Assembly: GCA_976226885.1 (NCBI GenBank)
Contig: OZ320323.1
Span: forward strand, 28,210,001 to 28,274,000
DNA from: Iphione sp. A-MEVVRFRX5
Lineage: Eukaryota
DNA: 64,000 nucleotides
Direction: 5' to 3'
Shown: positions 38,593-50,429 of the stretch, one piece after another
Layout of the letters: each line of letters starts with the position of its first letter
How positions within the stretch are numbered: the first letter of the stretch is position 1
Notes under the pieces: model-generated
What the model was told of the DNA's origin: nothing
Databases searched by the model: none
What the model saw: only the letters and a program-made list of their open reading frames with translations
Made by a program: the position numbers and the translations under genes

Positions 38593-39931
38593 GTCTCCAA
38601 ATACTGCAGACAGCAGGTCTACACTGTATGTCCACACAGTGTCTGACTGTGGGCGCTTCGTGCCAGGACCTCTTGAGGGTTGTAAACTAAGCTTATTCAC
38701 GTCAGCTGTCATTGTCCTCCATGCGTTCACTTACGCACTCATACACACATACACACACACACACACACACACAGAGAGAGTCGCGCACACACATACAAAT
38801 AGACACTTGGCCTATTTTGATAACTGAATTCAAAACGCTCGATAAAAACACAAGCTTCCGGACGAGAAACGCATCCACAGGGAAACGGATAGAAACGCAC
38901 ATACGGAAACCAGGCCTTCGGATGTTTATACAACATCTGAAGAAGAGTGTTAACACAATAGAATGTGCAGATAATGTGATTAGTTCACATTATTGAACAA
39001 TTTCTGTGAAATAAAACTTTATGTACTTAATGTGTTTAATTGAAGAATGCAAAATCCAACCTGATTTGCAAACGCGGTCGTTCAATATGCCGGGCGTTAC
39101 TCTGTTTGTGGGCGCACGATTGCGTCGTATTCATTTGGGTACCATCTTTCATCAAGAAATCGACCGATCGCAGGTAACGTAGTGATATACTGCTAGAAAC
39201 GTAATACCATAAAAATAACCGTCACTGAGGGCTTATACCGCACGACAATAACTGGCGTAGGATGAAACAATGCAAGTTTTCATCGCATCTGGTACTGTAA
39301 CATCAGCAGATCGGTCAGTTTCTGGGCATTGACATGTTATTCTCGAGAGAGAAAAAAACTGCCTTGAATGGAGGAAATTAAACTTTTGCAAAAACAGCTC
39401 CAAACCTGACAATAAGGTAAGAAAATAATGTTACGAATTGATAACTTGAAATTAATGAAACGATCATAGTTATTAAAAAACAGATATATCGGCTTTCTAT
39501 GATTCAGGAAGCAAATGATAACTGACAGTTCAAATCGTATTATTTTTGAATAGTTTTGGTGCAAAAGTCAGGGGCAAATAGCAGCTGACGCTGTATTTAA
39601 GCTAATGCTTGTGGTTTGAAAAAGAGGTTGCTCCATGTGGATATATAACTCCTTTTTTCTTCCGTCCCCCACAATATCATTCTTGCTTTCCCCTCACCCT
39701 TTGCTTTTCTCACTTGTTTTCCACCTTCTTCACTCTCTCCTAATGAAAGTAACGTCACATGATTTCAGAATGTATTAGAATAACTGTTACTTAGTGTTTT
39801 CTGTGGTTGGGTCACATGAACTGATTGGTATTATTACGTTTATATTACTCACACTTGTACCAACAACTTCTCCCTCAATATGAATATAACTTGGTGTCTC
39901 CCTTCCTTGTCTACCTGCTCATTCTCCGTTG

Positions 39932-39933
<2 letters not shown>

Positions 39934-39981
<48 letters not shown>
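39934..39981 (+). repeat. (CT)n microsatellite
   Basis: Direct reading. Confidence 0.95.
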
Positions 39982-39984
<3 letters not shown>

Positions 39985-42322
39985 TCTTTCGATCTCTGTC
40001 CGTCTGTCTGTCTCTGCTTGGTATTTGTTGTCCAGGAAGTAATTCATCTCATCTAGGATCCAGTAAACAGTTTAGTTTTATTACTACATCACTAAATATT
40101 GGGGGGGGGAATTCCTACAGCACCCTCCCCTTGCTAACAGGTGTGACCCATCATAAGACAGGACTCTTATGGAGGTGTCTCTGGCGTGCGCACACAGAGA
40201 CCTGCGCATGCGTGGGAATGCTCATCACCAAGCTACAGCCGTCGGCAGCGTGTAACATAAGGACGCCCAAAGAATTCCCATTCAGGCGTTGTGTTAAAAG
40301 TTCCTCCCCACCAGACGGTGGCTGCGAGTGACACTATAATTGACAGAGGGGTGTTGTTTGATGTGTCCCTTGAGCTCTTCCTGCGTCCGCTGTGTTTACG
40401 GTGTTTCCTATATCCTTGCACGGTTGCCAGAACGGCGCTATTGGATGTTGTCCTTTGTTAGCATTTTTTTTTATAAGAGCATTACCTGATGGAGAAAAAT
40501 CCAAAATTCCCCGTCGTTCACTCACCCTCTCTCTATCTGTCTCTGTCTACCTCTTTCTCTCTCAGGAGAGACGAAGTGGATATTCTCACCACCAGTATAT
40601 TGCGAGAAATGTACAGCCATTCGAAAACGTTTTCAAACGCTTTGAAGTTGTGGTTGGTAAAATTTGTAATCTGCCAATGTCTCTTTGACACAAATAGCAA
40701 ATTCATACAGGTCCCATCCTACTGCCGTCTGTTCCATTTCTGGTACTGGCCCAGTGACGTCCCATTTTCTTCCCAGCTGTCCCACAAATTACGCCCATAT
40801 AACCTTCATGTTGTAGGTACAGTTAAAGAACTGTTATCATGTAATACGTGATTTTTATGTGGTGCATGAAGGTATGACTTCAATACAATCCTCTGAAATC
40901 GAAATGGAAGCATAGGCTTCCGGTATGTATCTGAATGTTATGAGTTGAGTTAGCAATTGATGTGTATGTGTACTTTGCCTCATCCGTATGTTGCCCTATA
41001 AGGACCTTAGCTCTGTTTGCTATGATTACCTCATGTCTTATATAACCATGCTGCACTAGTACGTGAGGAGCACTGCTTCATGAAAACATTAATTGACAAG
41101 GAGACACTCACACAGAGAACTTGTGTTGTATCCTTCTCCCTCTCCCTGGGACCTGGAGGCACTGTCTGACACAGCCATGCTGCAGTGTCATGACTTGCAT
41201 CAACTATCAAGTTCATCCTGATCGTGCTGTCAGCATTTCGACAATCAAAATGTTTTTTGTCAGCTTATCAGGAAGCCAGTAGGAAGAATTCATTGCAAAA
41301 ATGTCTGGTTAAGCATAACCCTCGGCTCTGACGATTTGAATAATGTTATAATTCCTAATGGGCTATGTCCTTTTTTTCGCATAGGAAAAATAAGTTCCAC
41401 AACGTAGCTCCAAGTACAGACTGCTTTATGTGCCACAAGAGAGTCATAAACCTGGGTCATGTGACCCACGTGCACCTGACGAATTACAATAAAGTACGGA
41501 ATGAAATTGATACTGTGTTGCTCTTTTATCGCAAGTGACTTTTTCTGCACGAATTAAGTACTGGAGACTTGACTACAGAGTATTAGATGCCTAGACCACC
41601 AGGGACCCACTCACTGCTATATGTTGTAGAAGTGAAAATCCAGGACCCAAAGTCACCTCTAACTTCGAACATATTCACAGAGTACATGTCTTAGATAGAT
41701 TTGGCGGGGGTACCACGACCACCTGTTCGTCGTAGAGTTCACAGAGTACAGCTTACAGGAAAACATGGTTTGTGGCATCGCGACCACTGGTCACAGTGCC
41801 CTGACCATCTGCACAATATGAAATCATACTATTACAGAATACAAAATACAGTTTTTCAGGTTGTTTTTACTCGCAGTACCCAAAGAGTTAAAAAAGCATC
41901 AGGTACGAAGGTCAAAGCCACCTCTAGCTCTTTGACCAACATGAAATAGATTTAGATTGACCCTATACGTAGTTGAGTCATGTTGCAAATGAAGCTCATG
42001 TATGGCAAGCCTCCTGAGTATATGCATTCAAATACAAAATAAAGAATTACAGTCTGATACTAATAAATAGGTATATAAAATATGAAGTTCATCTTTATAC
42101 CCCTTTCATGGTATTATCACTGGCTGGGATGGGAAGTGACAGTAAACCCTATGGCATATTCACAACAGGCACTCTTGTATATATACCTATTCACCCACCG
42201 CCCAGTACCAAAAACAGAGGGTAAAGCCCAATATGTGAGAGATTAAACCTTACGGGTAAAGGCCATACCATGTTTTAAACTCTTTTCTTCCAAATTTATT
42301 CCTTTTTCCTCAATGGACGTAT

Positions 42323-42384
42323 TACTTGGATATTGCTCAGGTTGCTTGGATGTTGCTCAGGTTACTTGGATATTGCTCAGGTTC
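42323..42384 (+). repeat. 20-bp tandem repeat x3 (TACTTGGATATTGCTCAGGT)
   Basis: Direct reading. Confidence 0.9.
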
Positions 42385-43319
42385 TCTTGTCTTGGACTAC
42401 CACCTTTTTTTACTGTGAAAGGTTGTAATGCCAACAATCAAAGAGAAGTATTGACAATATCCAAACCTTCCAGTGGTAGGTCAGTGGTATGAAAAAGGAC
42501 GAAACATCGCTTCAGTAGTTACAACCTCATCCAGCCAGATTTGCTGAAGTGGACCTGAGGATCAACCTAGACTGTGCAGAATGTTGCATTGGGGGGTTGT
42601 GCTTTAACCCCTTACCGTCCACGTCATAAGACGCATGCTAGCATTCAGGCGGTACCTGATGGGATCATTACAGATTATTGCAATCTCTGTTGTAGATATA
42701 CATGTGGAAATTTCGCAAGACTATACAAAAAGACTGGGTCTGCAATATCTGAATTTTTTTTTATAAATATTAATGGTCGAGTATTATAAATCAAGGGTTA
42801 ATGCGATGAAGTAGACTATGAAAACGCTGAGAAAAGTCATGTCATCGGTGGAAAATGTAAAAAAAATATAAGAAGGAATGAATAAAACATTATTAGTCCA
42901 GTGTACAAATTATAGCAGGAATAATTTGCTATCTGATGATGTGAAAATTATTATATTTACGAATGACAAAACATTTGTGAACGTCTAATAAAAGGAACAC
43001 CTCTACAACAGATGTCGTTACTGTGTAGTACGTCAGGCCTAGTGGCTCCATCTTCTGTAATGTAAATTAGTGTGATGTGAATAAAACGTCCCTTTTTATT
43101 ACTCGAAACTTCATTAAAAGCCAATCTTTCATTGAATTATGTTGTATATATGTAGCAAATAGTTTGGACTATTGCAGTTGTGATTTTTTAATGAATAATA
43201 CATGATATAATCCAAATGCATGATGGGCATGAGGTGACTGGGCTAGCAGATTTACGTCTTGCAAGTGCCGGCCTGAATTCGAGTGACAAAAGCATCTGTA
43301 CAAGTGTCATAGTAAATTG

Positions 43320-44170
43320 ATGACAATGGATCAACTAAGAGATGCGTTTCTGCAGAGGGGGTGAGTGTGTAAATTCATCTCTTGTCATTGATTTCCAAGA
43401 TAAAAAAATGAAAATATCAATTTTCGCATGTGTGACAAGCAACGTACGATGACTACTGGTTGCTGATGTGAAGGTTGGAATGATGAATTATTGATAATAG
43501 GTCTGCTAGCGAATAATGAATGTTTTGAGGTGTAGTGATATGCCAGAATGACACATTACTGTAATTCAGATAATAACATTCTTTTATTTTGTTTTATGCA
43601 TTTAGTCTTATGGTGCCACCTGGACTCTTCAGATTGATTGAGAAGGGCCGCGATAGGCATAGTGTCTATAGGAGGTTGTGGGCAATAGCCAAAGTAAGTC
43701 CAGATTTTTTTTGATTAGTATTCAGCCTGTTACCTTGTGGTTTTTCGTATATCAAGCAAGCATCTTTATGAAATGGAATATGGAAACAAGTGAATATGTC
43801 ATATGAGTGAACAAGAGACATTTCTTTGATCAATGTGTTTTTATCATTCAGTTTGGGGCTAAACTTGGACAGGGTGCAACGACATTCACATTCCCTGTTG
43901 AGCTGAGAGATGCAGTGCGAGATCAGTTCAAAGATGTTCCTGATGCTGGATATGACAGTCAGTACACAAACATGCCAGGGGTATGTGTGGAACTCCTGTG
44001 CTTCCAATGTCTTGGTCTACATGTGTGGCAGACATACCAGTACAAGTTTGAAATACTCTTGCATTGTATCAATTGTACTTCTGCATCAGAAGCCCTGACA
44101 ACGATGTTTACTTTTGCAGGTGTACCATGTTTCCTTGGAGGAATTGTCCCAGATGAACTACCCAAAGTAA
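43320..44170 (+). CDS. Second piggyBac gene, join(43320..43360,43606..43693,43852..43980,44120..44170), ~102 aa, unknown function
   Basis: Donors GTGAGT, GTAAGT, GTATGT; acceptors TTTAG, TTCAG, TTTTGCAG; phases 2,0,0 all in frame; TAA at 44168-44170; AATAAA at 44215-44220. Confidence 0.72.
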
Positions 44171-44248
44171 ACCACAGGTACAAGACAAACTGAAGTCATG
44201 AAATTACAGATGAAAATAAAAAGATTCAAATCCGATCACATAGTCTCT

Positions 44249-47108
44249 TCATTTGCCTATCCTAGCCTTGAGTTGTTGGAACGCATCAGTGTGCCACAGA
44301 TTGAAGCAATTTCTTTCTCCACTAAGACAGATGGGTACGTTGCATTGCTCTTCTGAGCAATACCATTTGGTCTTGTTCTCCTTCCCATGCAGAACATAGC
44401 ATACTTTGCAGTTGCGGCGTGTTGAAGAATGCATTGGCCTGTGAACACCATCGAATCCAAAGTGGCTTCTAATACGTGGTCTCAAGGCAGTATGGGGGTT
44501 TTCTTCCAAGTCACTGATTCCAGCCAGCTGACGACAGAGTTCTTCACGAAAATTCAGGTGTGAGAATCCGCTTGGTCGTTGTAGAGCAGTTACCTCGGGG
44601 TGCAGCTTCTGCCACTCTTTGAACAGCAAGAAGCTGTTCAGCACCGACATATCCAGCAAATGATAGAATAGTGTCTTCCACCATTTTTTTGATTTGTGCA
44701 GCATGGAGTATGTCCCCAGGAGTTGGTCAGAGATGTCCACCCCGCCCATGTGTGAGTTGTAGTCATGGATAGCCAATGGTCGCCTGATCATCATTTCCCT
44801 GTGACTTCCATCAGGTAGTTTCAGGTGACGCCTGACGAAAACATAATCACATCCTCTGTGCATGCTGCTGCAGGCACACACGGGCCTATTGTCCAGCCAT
44901 TGTTGACAGAGGATCCTGTCTGTTCTAATGAACCGTGTGTCTCCTCTTTGGGCTGCCTTTGCCCATGCCTTGTCTCTGAGGGCCTGCAATATTTAAGTGA
45001 TAGTATTTACAAATAATTCAAAACTATGAAGGATGAAGATTACAGTAAAACCCGATGTGCTTGCCTTCTTTCATCATGCTTTATTGTAGATCGTTTCGGG
45101 ACACTCGACCCCCTTCATCAGGAGTCTTCATACTTTATAATTAATTTAATTTTTTTTTTAATCTCAATGTAAAACTCACCGCAGGAAAGCCACGCCGTGT
45201 GACCACACTCGTTCCACAAGCAGCAGATCCCCTGGACATCAGACATTTGATGAGTGGCAGAGATGTAAAGAAATTATCAAAATATATCTTGTACCCTTGG
45301 TCAAGATGCTGATCCATGAGGTTAGTAACAACATCGTACCCAAGGCCATGTTGTGATGGGCGCTGACATCTACCAGTGTATACACTGTAAAAACAGTCAA
45401 TATCAGATATTCATTACATGCGCTGAAACTGTCTTGGCGCAAACATTTGGAATTCCATTCTGGATACAGTTGAACCAAATATATGCATGTTAATACCAAG
45501 TGCACCAAAATTGTTAAACACACTACTTCCATCACAAAGACAACACTTATGCACACCTGAAGTTGATGGTGTAACCTGTTGTCGACTGGCATAAGCACCA
45601 CAGCTTAAAACCAAACCGTATTGGTTTATTGGGTATAAATTGCTTCAGACTGCATCGTGCCTTTGAGCGCACCATACGTTCGTCCACAGCTACATGTTCC
45701 TTGGGTTGATATAAACTTGAACACATCCTCCTGACATGATCCAACACTGGTCTGACTTTTGCTAGGTGGTCAGTTGGGTCCTCTGCAGATGGGTTACTTG
45801 CATGCAGCATGCTAGAGATGGCCTTGAATCTAAAAGAGAGAGGATTACACTTCAAATACCTTATGCCTTAGTACATATGCCAATTTAGAATTCCAATGTT
45901 CATCATGTTGATGCTGAGTACAGAAACATGCAGGTTCTTAGTCTCAGGTACTTAGGTATTTAGTCGCCCTATCAAAATGATTCTGTTTTGGCACTAAAAC
46001 CTACACACCCATGGTTCTCTAATATTTTCCATTTCACCCAATTTTTCGTTGTGAGTATGTGGGCCAACAAGAAGCACGGGGCTCACCGATTTCTGGAGAG
46101 AAAGCGTGATGCCCATCCACCGGAGTACAATGTTGACTGATTCCAATAACGTGACACATCATGAAGTTCAATGAAACCCATCAAGATACACAGCGCTATG
46201 AATGATCTCATCTCTTGAAATGTCACTTCGTCCCAGGTACCTTGTGGGGTAGCATACGATGGCTTGTTATGGATCGTCAGCCAGCCATACAAATTAGTGT
46301 TATCACACAGCATCTGCAGAAGCAAATATGGAAGGATGTTCATCCCACATAGGATTCAATGAGGGCTACGATAAGGGGATGTTACAAATCATAAATACAT
46401 CAATGAAATGAACATATATATGATACAGTTACACATGCACATACTTGCATCAATTCATGAGTGAAGAATAGCTGGAAAAAATCCACAGCTCTGGTGAGTC
46501 CTTCCATGCGCCATCTCGTAATCCTATCTGATACATGGGGGCCTGGAGCCCGCATGGGAGTGAATGCAGGTATACTTGGATGTGAGTCGTCATCCTCATA
46601 TGTTTTCGGCCTGTAAAAAAAAAGTATATTAACAAATGTTTCAACACTGCCAATAATGACTATCCATAGCGCAATGGATAGCGCACTTGCTTTTGGTGCG
46701 CACGACCCGGGTTCGATTCCCAGACGATTTTTCTGTCAACAGATGAAAACCTTTTTTTTTCATTAAAAAAAGCACAACTATATAATAATTATATTTAAAA
46801 ACATAGTTTTACATTTAATCTTGCAGTTTCACCTTAATTACGAGATAATTTGGCAAAAACGTTTGTTAATCATAGAAGATTCACTTTTACCTTGATGTTA
46901 TTGGACGAGCAGCTCCAACAGCCGGGACTTCTTCCATCTCTTCTTCATCAACTTCCATCATTAAATCATTCATCTCAATTTCCTCTAATTCTTCCTCTTC
47001 ACCTGATGACATCCCTGACATCTCGTCACTTTCCAAAGCTTTTTTCCCTTTTCCTGAATTCCATAACTCCCGAGCTCTTAGAGCAGCAGATCTCACAGTA
47101 CGTGACAT
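44249..47108 (-). CDS. piggyBac (PGBD4-like) transposase, six exons: 47108-46891, 46610-46445, 46313-46087, 45829-45557, 45384-45180, 44983-44249; 607 aa
   Basis: All five introns are GT-AG with matching phases (2,0,2,2,0); 1824 nt open; acidic N-terminus, DFFQLFFT, VAVDERM, NKPIRFGFKLW, FDNFFTS, YNSHMGGVDISDQ, KKWWK, C-terminal CKVC...C...C...C...CFNLWH domain. Confidence 0.93.
45078..45125 (-). ncRNA. Hammerhead-ribozyme-like core of Penelope-like-element type in transposase intron 5
   Basis: Minus strand CTGATGA-A-GGGGG-TCGAGTG-TCCC-GAAAC-GATC followed by AATAAA; helix I partner not evident. Confidence 0.45.
46660..46732 (+). ncRNA. tRNA-derived Pol III-type unit (not a canonical tRNA) in transposase intron 1
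   Basis: A box TAGCGCAATGG, B box GGTTCGATTCC, then TTTTT; the acceptor stem does not pair. Confidence 0.5.
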
Positions 47109-49078
47109 TGTTGCAAATGCAGGTATTACTTGTTACCATGACAATTCTTTTCATAAAAAACAAGTTAAACAACAATTTTCGGGGCATGGAGAATCTTTAT
47201 TGTTCATACAGATTACCATGTACATCACAATTTCTTAAAAGAAAAAATTACTGTCATCTTCTCGTTCGAAACGTCATCGTGCACTTTTGCACGATTTTCC
47301 TATGCGTGGACGGTAAGGAGTTAAGTACAGTACTCAAGAATGATCAATAGAATGTGTAACAGGTACGTTACGCTCTAGATAGAGGGGGGTGAAAAGAGAC
47401 ATAGTCATTATATACGCTATGTCATTTGAGACTAAGGTTTGACCCCGGATTAACCCTCTGAAGTCAATAGCACTCCACAATGCGGTCTTACCTCATTTTT
47501 CCTTACACTACATGTATAAAACGCTGCATGAATATAGACCCAGTCTATGGAATGCGCAAAATAATGTGATTTTAGAAAAATAGAGTATTTAATAGTTCAT
47601 AGTATTATTTGCAGATAATATTCAGAAAGGTGCTAACTCATACATATTCTATGTATGGAAAAGGATTGTCATTGAAAACTTATGCCTTATGTAACCCTTT
47701 TTTCAAAGCCGAGTAGGAATATCTCTTGGTAATATATGTGATGCCTCCTTTGTGTTCAACCGAGCATAACTTACTCATAACAACCAGTGCAAATGCTGTG
47801 AGCCCTCTGGCAGTAAATGGGTTCAGCATATGAATCAGCGCGAAAATAGCGTATACATCTGGTATGTTTTGACTTATGTAATGATTCCATAGAGGATCCC
47901 CCCCCCTGCTGGAGAGCGCATAACTTCAGTCACTTAGTATTGTTTACACAAAAAGTCAGAGTCAATCATCAAGCATCGCACATAAGAGCTGGTTTCTGAA
48001 TCACCAAGGACCAATAAAACGTTTCACTCCTGCAATAAGGACGAGGGAAATCAATCCAAATGAGGAGGCATTTTCATTTTAGTGTCGCAAAATCAAAATG
48101 ATTGTGTCTGTCCAATCACTTAGTGATAATGATTTGGGATTTCATAAAGAGTAATTCAATGCAATTATGTTATGCTTGGGTGACAGACAAAGAAAGTCTT
48201 TAAACTATTTGGCCTGAACCTCCATTTTTCATAGGAGAATGGCCCTCAACTGATCAGGTTTTTGTGAAAAACGATAACGCTGAAAGTTATCAACTGATTG
48301 TCCCGAGCGACCACAGTGTGATGATCGTGGTGCTGGTGGAAGTTTGGCTGTTTTGTGATGACCTGTTGCTCCGGCCTATTAAGTTTCTGTTCCCGTTGAT
48401 TCCAGATCGCTGTCTCTCGATATCATTTTGTGTTTTAATTTCTCGCTTTCCCTCTAAACTTAACCACTGTCTGTACAGCGGTAAGGCGGAATATATTATA
48501 TTATAAAGTTAACAGGGTTTCTTAGTGTAAACTACAAATAAAGAAGACAATTTCAGCTATCCTTTGGCTATAACAAAATGTAAAACTCTTAGTGTGACCA
48601 ATGAAATTGCATCCCAAAGGACATTCAAGGATCAAAGTGACATGCTATAAACCATTGCGTTTATTTAATGATAAATATAAAAGGCAACAAAAAATAAAAG
48701 GTGCATTTTTTGTAGAAATTGTTCGATTAACAGGTTTGTTCGGATATGAAATATTGCAATAGATCATTAAAGGTCAAAATGTTCCAACAGAAAGCATTCG
48801 GAAATGGAGAATATTTGTATATGGAGTGTACGGGACAGCTCTGGCCTGCTGTATTTGTAATACAAGTGAAAGAGCTGGGGCCGGTTCCCCAATCACAGTT
48901 AATACTGTGATTAAGCCTGATCCATGGATCAATTATTAATCCAGTAATTTCTGTTCCTCAATAAAAGTTGATCTCAAAGATTAAGAGTTGCTCCTTTTCT
49001 CCGTGTTGACCCATGCAAAAGCACTCCACAAAAGGCTTTGATCCAGGGTAAGTCCGATCTTACTCTTTAGTAAGCTCA

Positions 49079-49663
49079 AGTCTATCCACTCTACTCTAAC
49101 TAAATCAATGGTAATACCATCACTTCTAGACTTTAGATTTTAATGAAGCGCATATCAAATGAAAGCTAAGGCTATAAGGAAGAAAATGGGTCACGGAATG
49201 TCCTCCTATGCCCATTTGTCTGAAAGTTATGACTTTATCAAATTTTCCTCATGAGTCGCAGAAAAATGATGTTTTTACTATGATTGCTGTAAATACGTCA
49301 TTTTATTTTGAGTTGGTGATGAAACCTCACAGGACATAACTTCCGTCATCATGGCTCTAGAAAGACATGTTATGGCTCATTGTCTTCCTTGGATCCTTAC
49401 CTTTCATATGAACATTGTTGCACAAATATCCCATCATTATTAAGGACGTTACTGCTGTGTAAAGTTTTGCTCCAGATTTAGGATTGAATGACGTTTTTAC
49501 CACAATTTGCAGTAAAAACAATGTCATTCCTCCCTGAATCTGGAGGAAAAATTATGCTGACAACCTCAACATATGAAAATCTTAATTAAAAAATTGCTTA
49601 GCAATCCAGGGTGATTTCCGCCTAGTTAACTGGAAGGTTTTCATAGTAGAGTGGGTGTTAACT
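49079..49663. mobile_element. Probable MITE
   Basis: Imperfect terminal inverted match CCACTCTACT / AGTAGAGTGG and inverted internal ATGAAAG(C/G)TAAGG motifs; no clear TSD. Confidence 0.4.
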
Positions 49664-50207
49664 ATGTTGAATAAATAATCATAGAAGAGATTCTAACTGT
49701 AACTCACATTGGAGGAATCATGGACATCATACGAGTTTCTCTTCGATTTTATTCTCATGTGTAGTATTTTCACTGGTGGTTGGGTATTTACTGTGAGAAG
49801 TGATCATTTATTCTCGGGCGAATATGTTTTTTATATAAATGGTTGAGTTGTCAGAATTATAATCCTGTCAACCACACCTGTATTTGTGACTTGTTTCATA
49901 TCACTGGCATTGCTATCACTTGAAGCTTTGGGATTTTTTCCAAGAGCTTGCGTGATTGACGGCTCCCTCGTTTTAATGCATGTTTAACCAGGTATTTGTC
50001 AAAAGTTGTTTTCAGCGGATACTAATATGAACTGTGAACTTATTGAAAAAACAACTTCATAGTCGGTATTTTGATTCAAATTATGGGTAAATCCAACATA
50101 AACATACCAGAGTCATATTGGTCGATTCTTCTATGGCAAATATTTTGAATGACAAAATTTACGCTTAGATTATTATATAATAGATTCTGACTGGCAGTCT
50201 GTATATA

Positions 50208-50429
50208 CAGGGGGCTTCAACTATTCTGGTGATGCGTTACTGGCCTTTTTATTTCAATGCGAAGCGTTAATTGCCTCTGGAATTTAACTTTATACGTTAT
50301 TCATTGATTCCTTGTGAAGCGTTACTTGCTGTCCAATTCTTGGTGAAGCGTTATCTGCATCTTTTATAAGCGTTATGCATGTTATTAATTCTTGGTGCAG
50401 CATTATTTGGTACTCCCTGAACCCCCCTG
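50208..50429. mobile_element. Short hAT-like MITE with internal GAAGCGTTA repeats
   Basis: CAGGGGGCTTCA / TGAACCCCCCTG termini; flanking 8-mers TGTATATA vs TGTACATT (6/8). Confidence 0.55.

Larger units (their letters stand above)
42608..47320 (-). mobile_element. Full-length piggyBac DNA transposon (4713 bp), TTAA TSD, two genes
   Basis: TTAA 42604-42607 + CCCCTTACCGTCCACG ... CGTGGACGGTAAGGAG + TTAA 47321-47324 (TIR 15/16). Confidence 0.95.

Noticed and set aside
43807-44193. 128-aa unspliced ORF as the piggyBac second gene
   Set aside because: It includes intronic sequence; only 43852-43980 is shared with the spliced model, which has canonical sites and consistent phases
46660-46732. Functional tRNA gene
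   Set aside because: Acceptor stem unpaired and anticodon arm non-canonical; kept only as tRNA-derived
47450-47825. Second piggyBac-like MITE beginning TTAACCCT
   Set aside because: No convincing matching right TIR with TTAA
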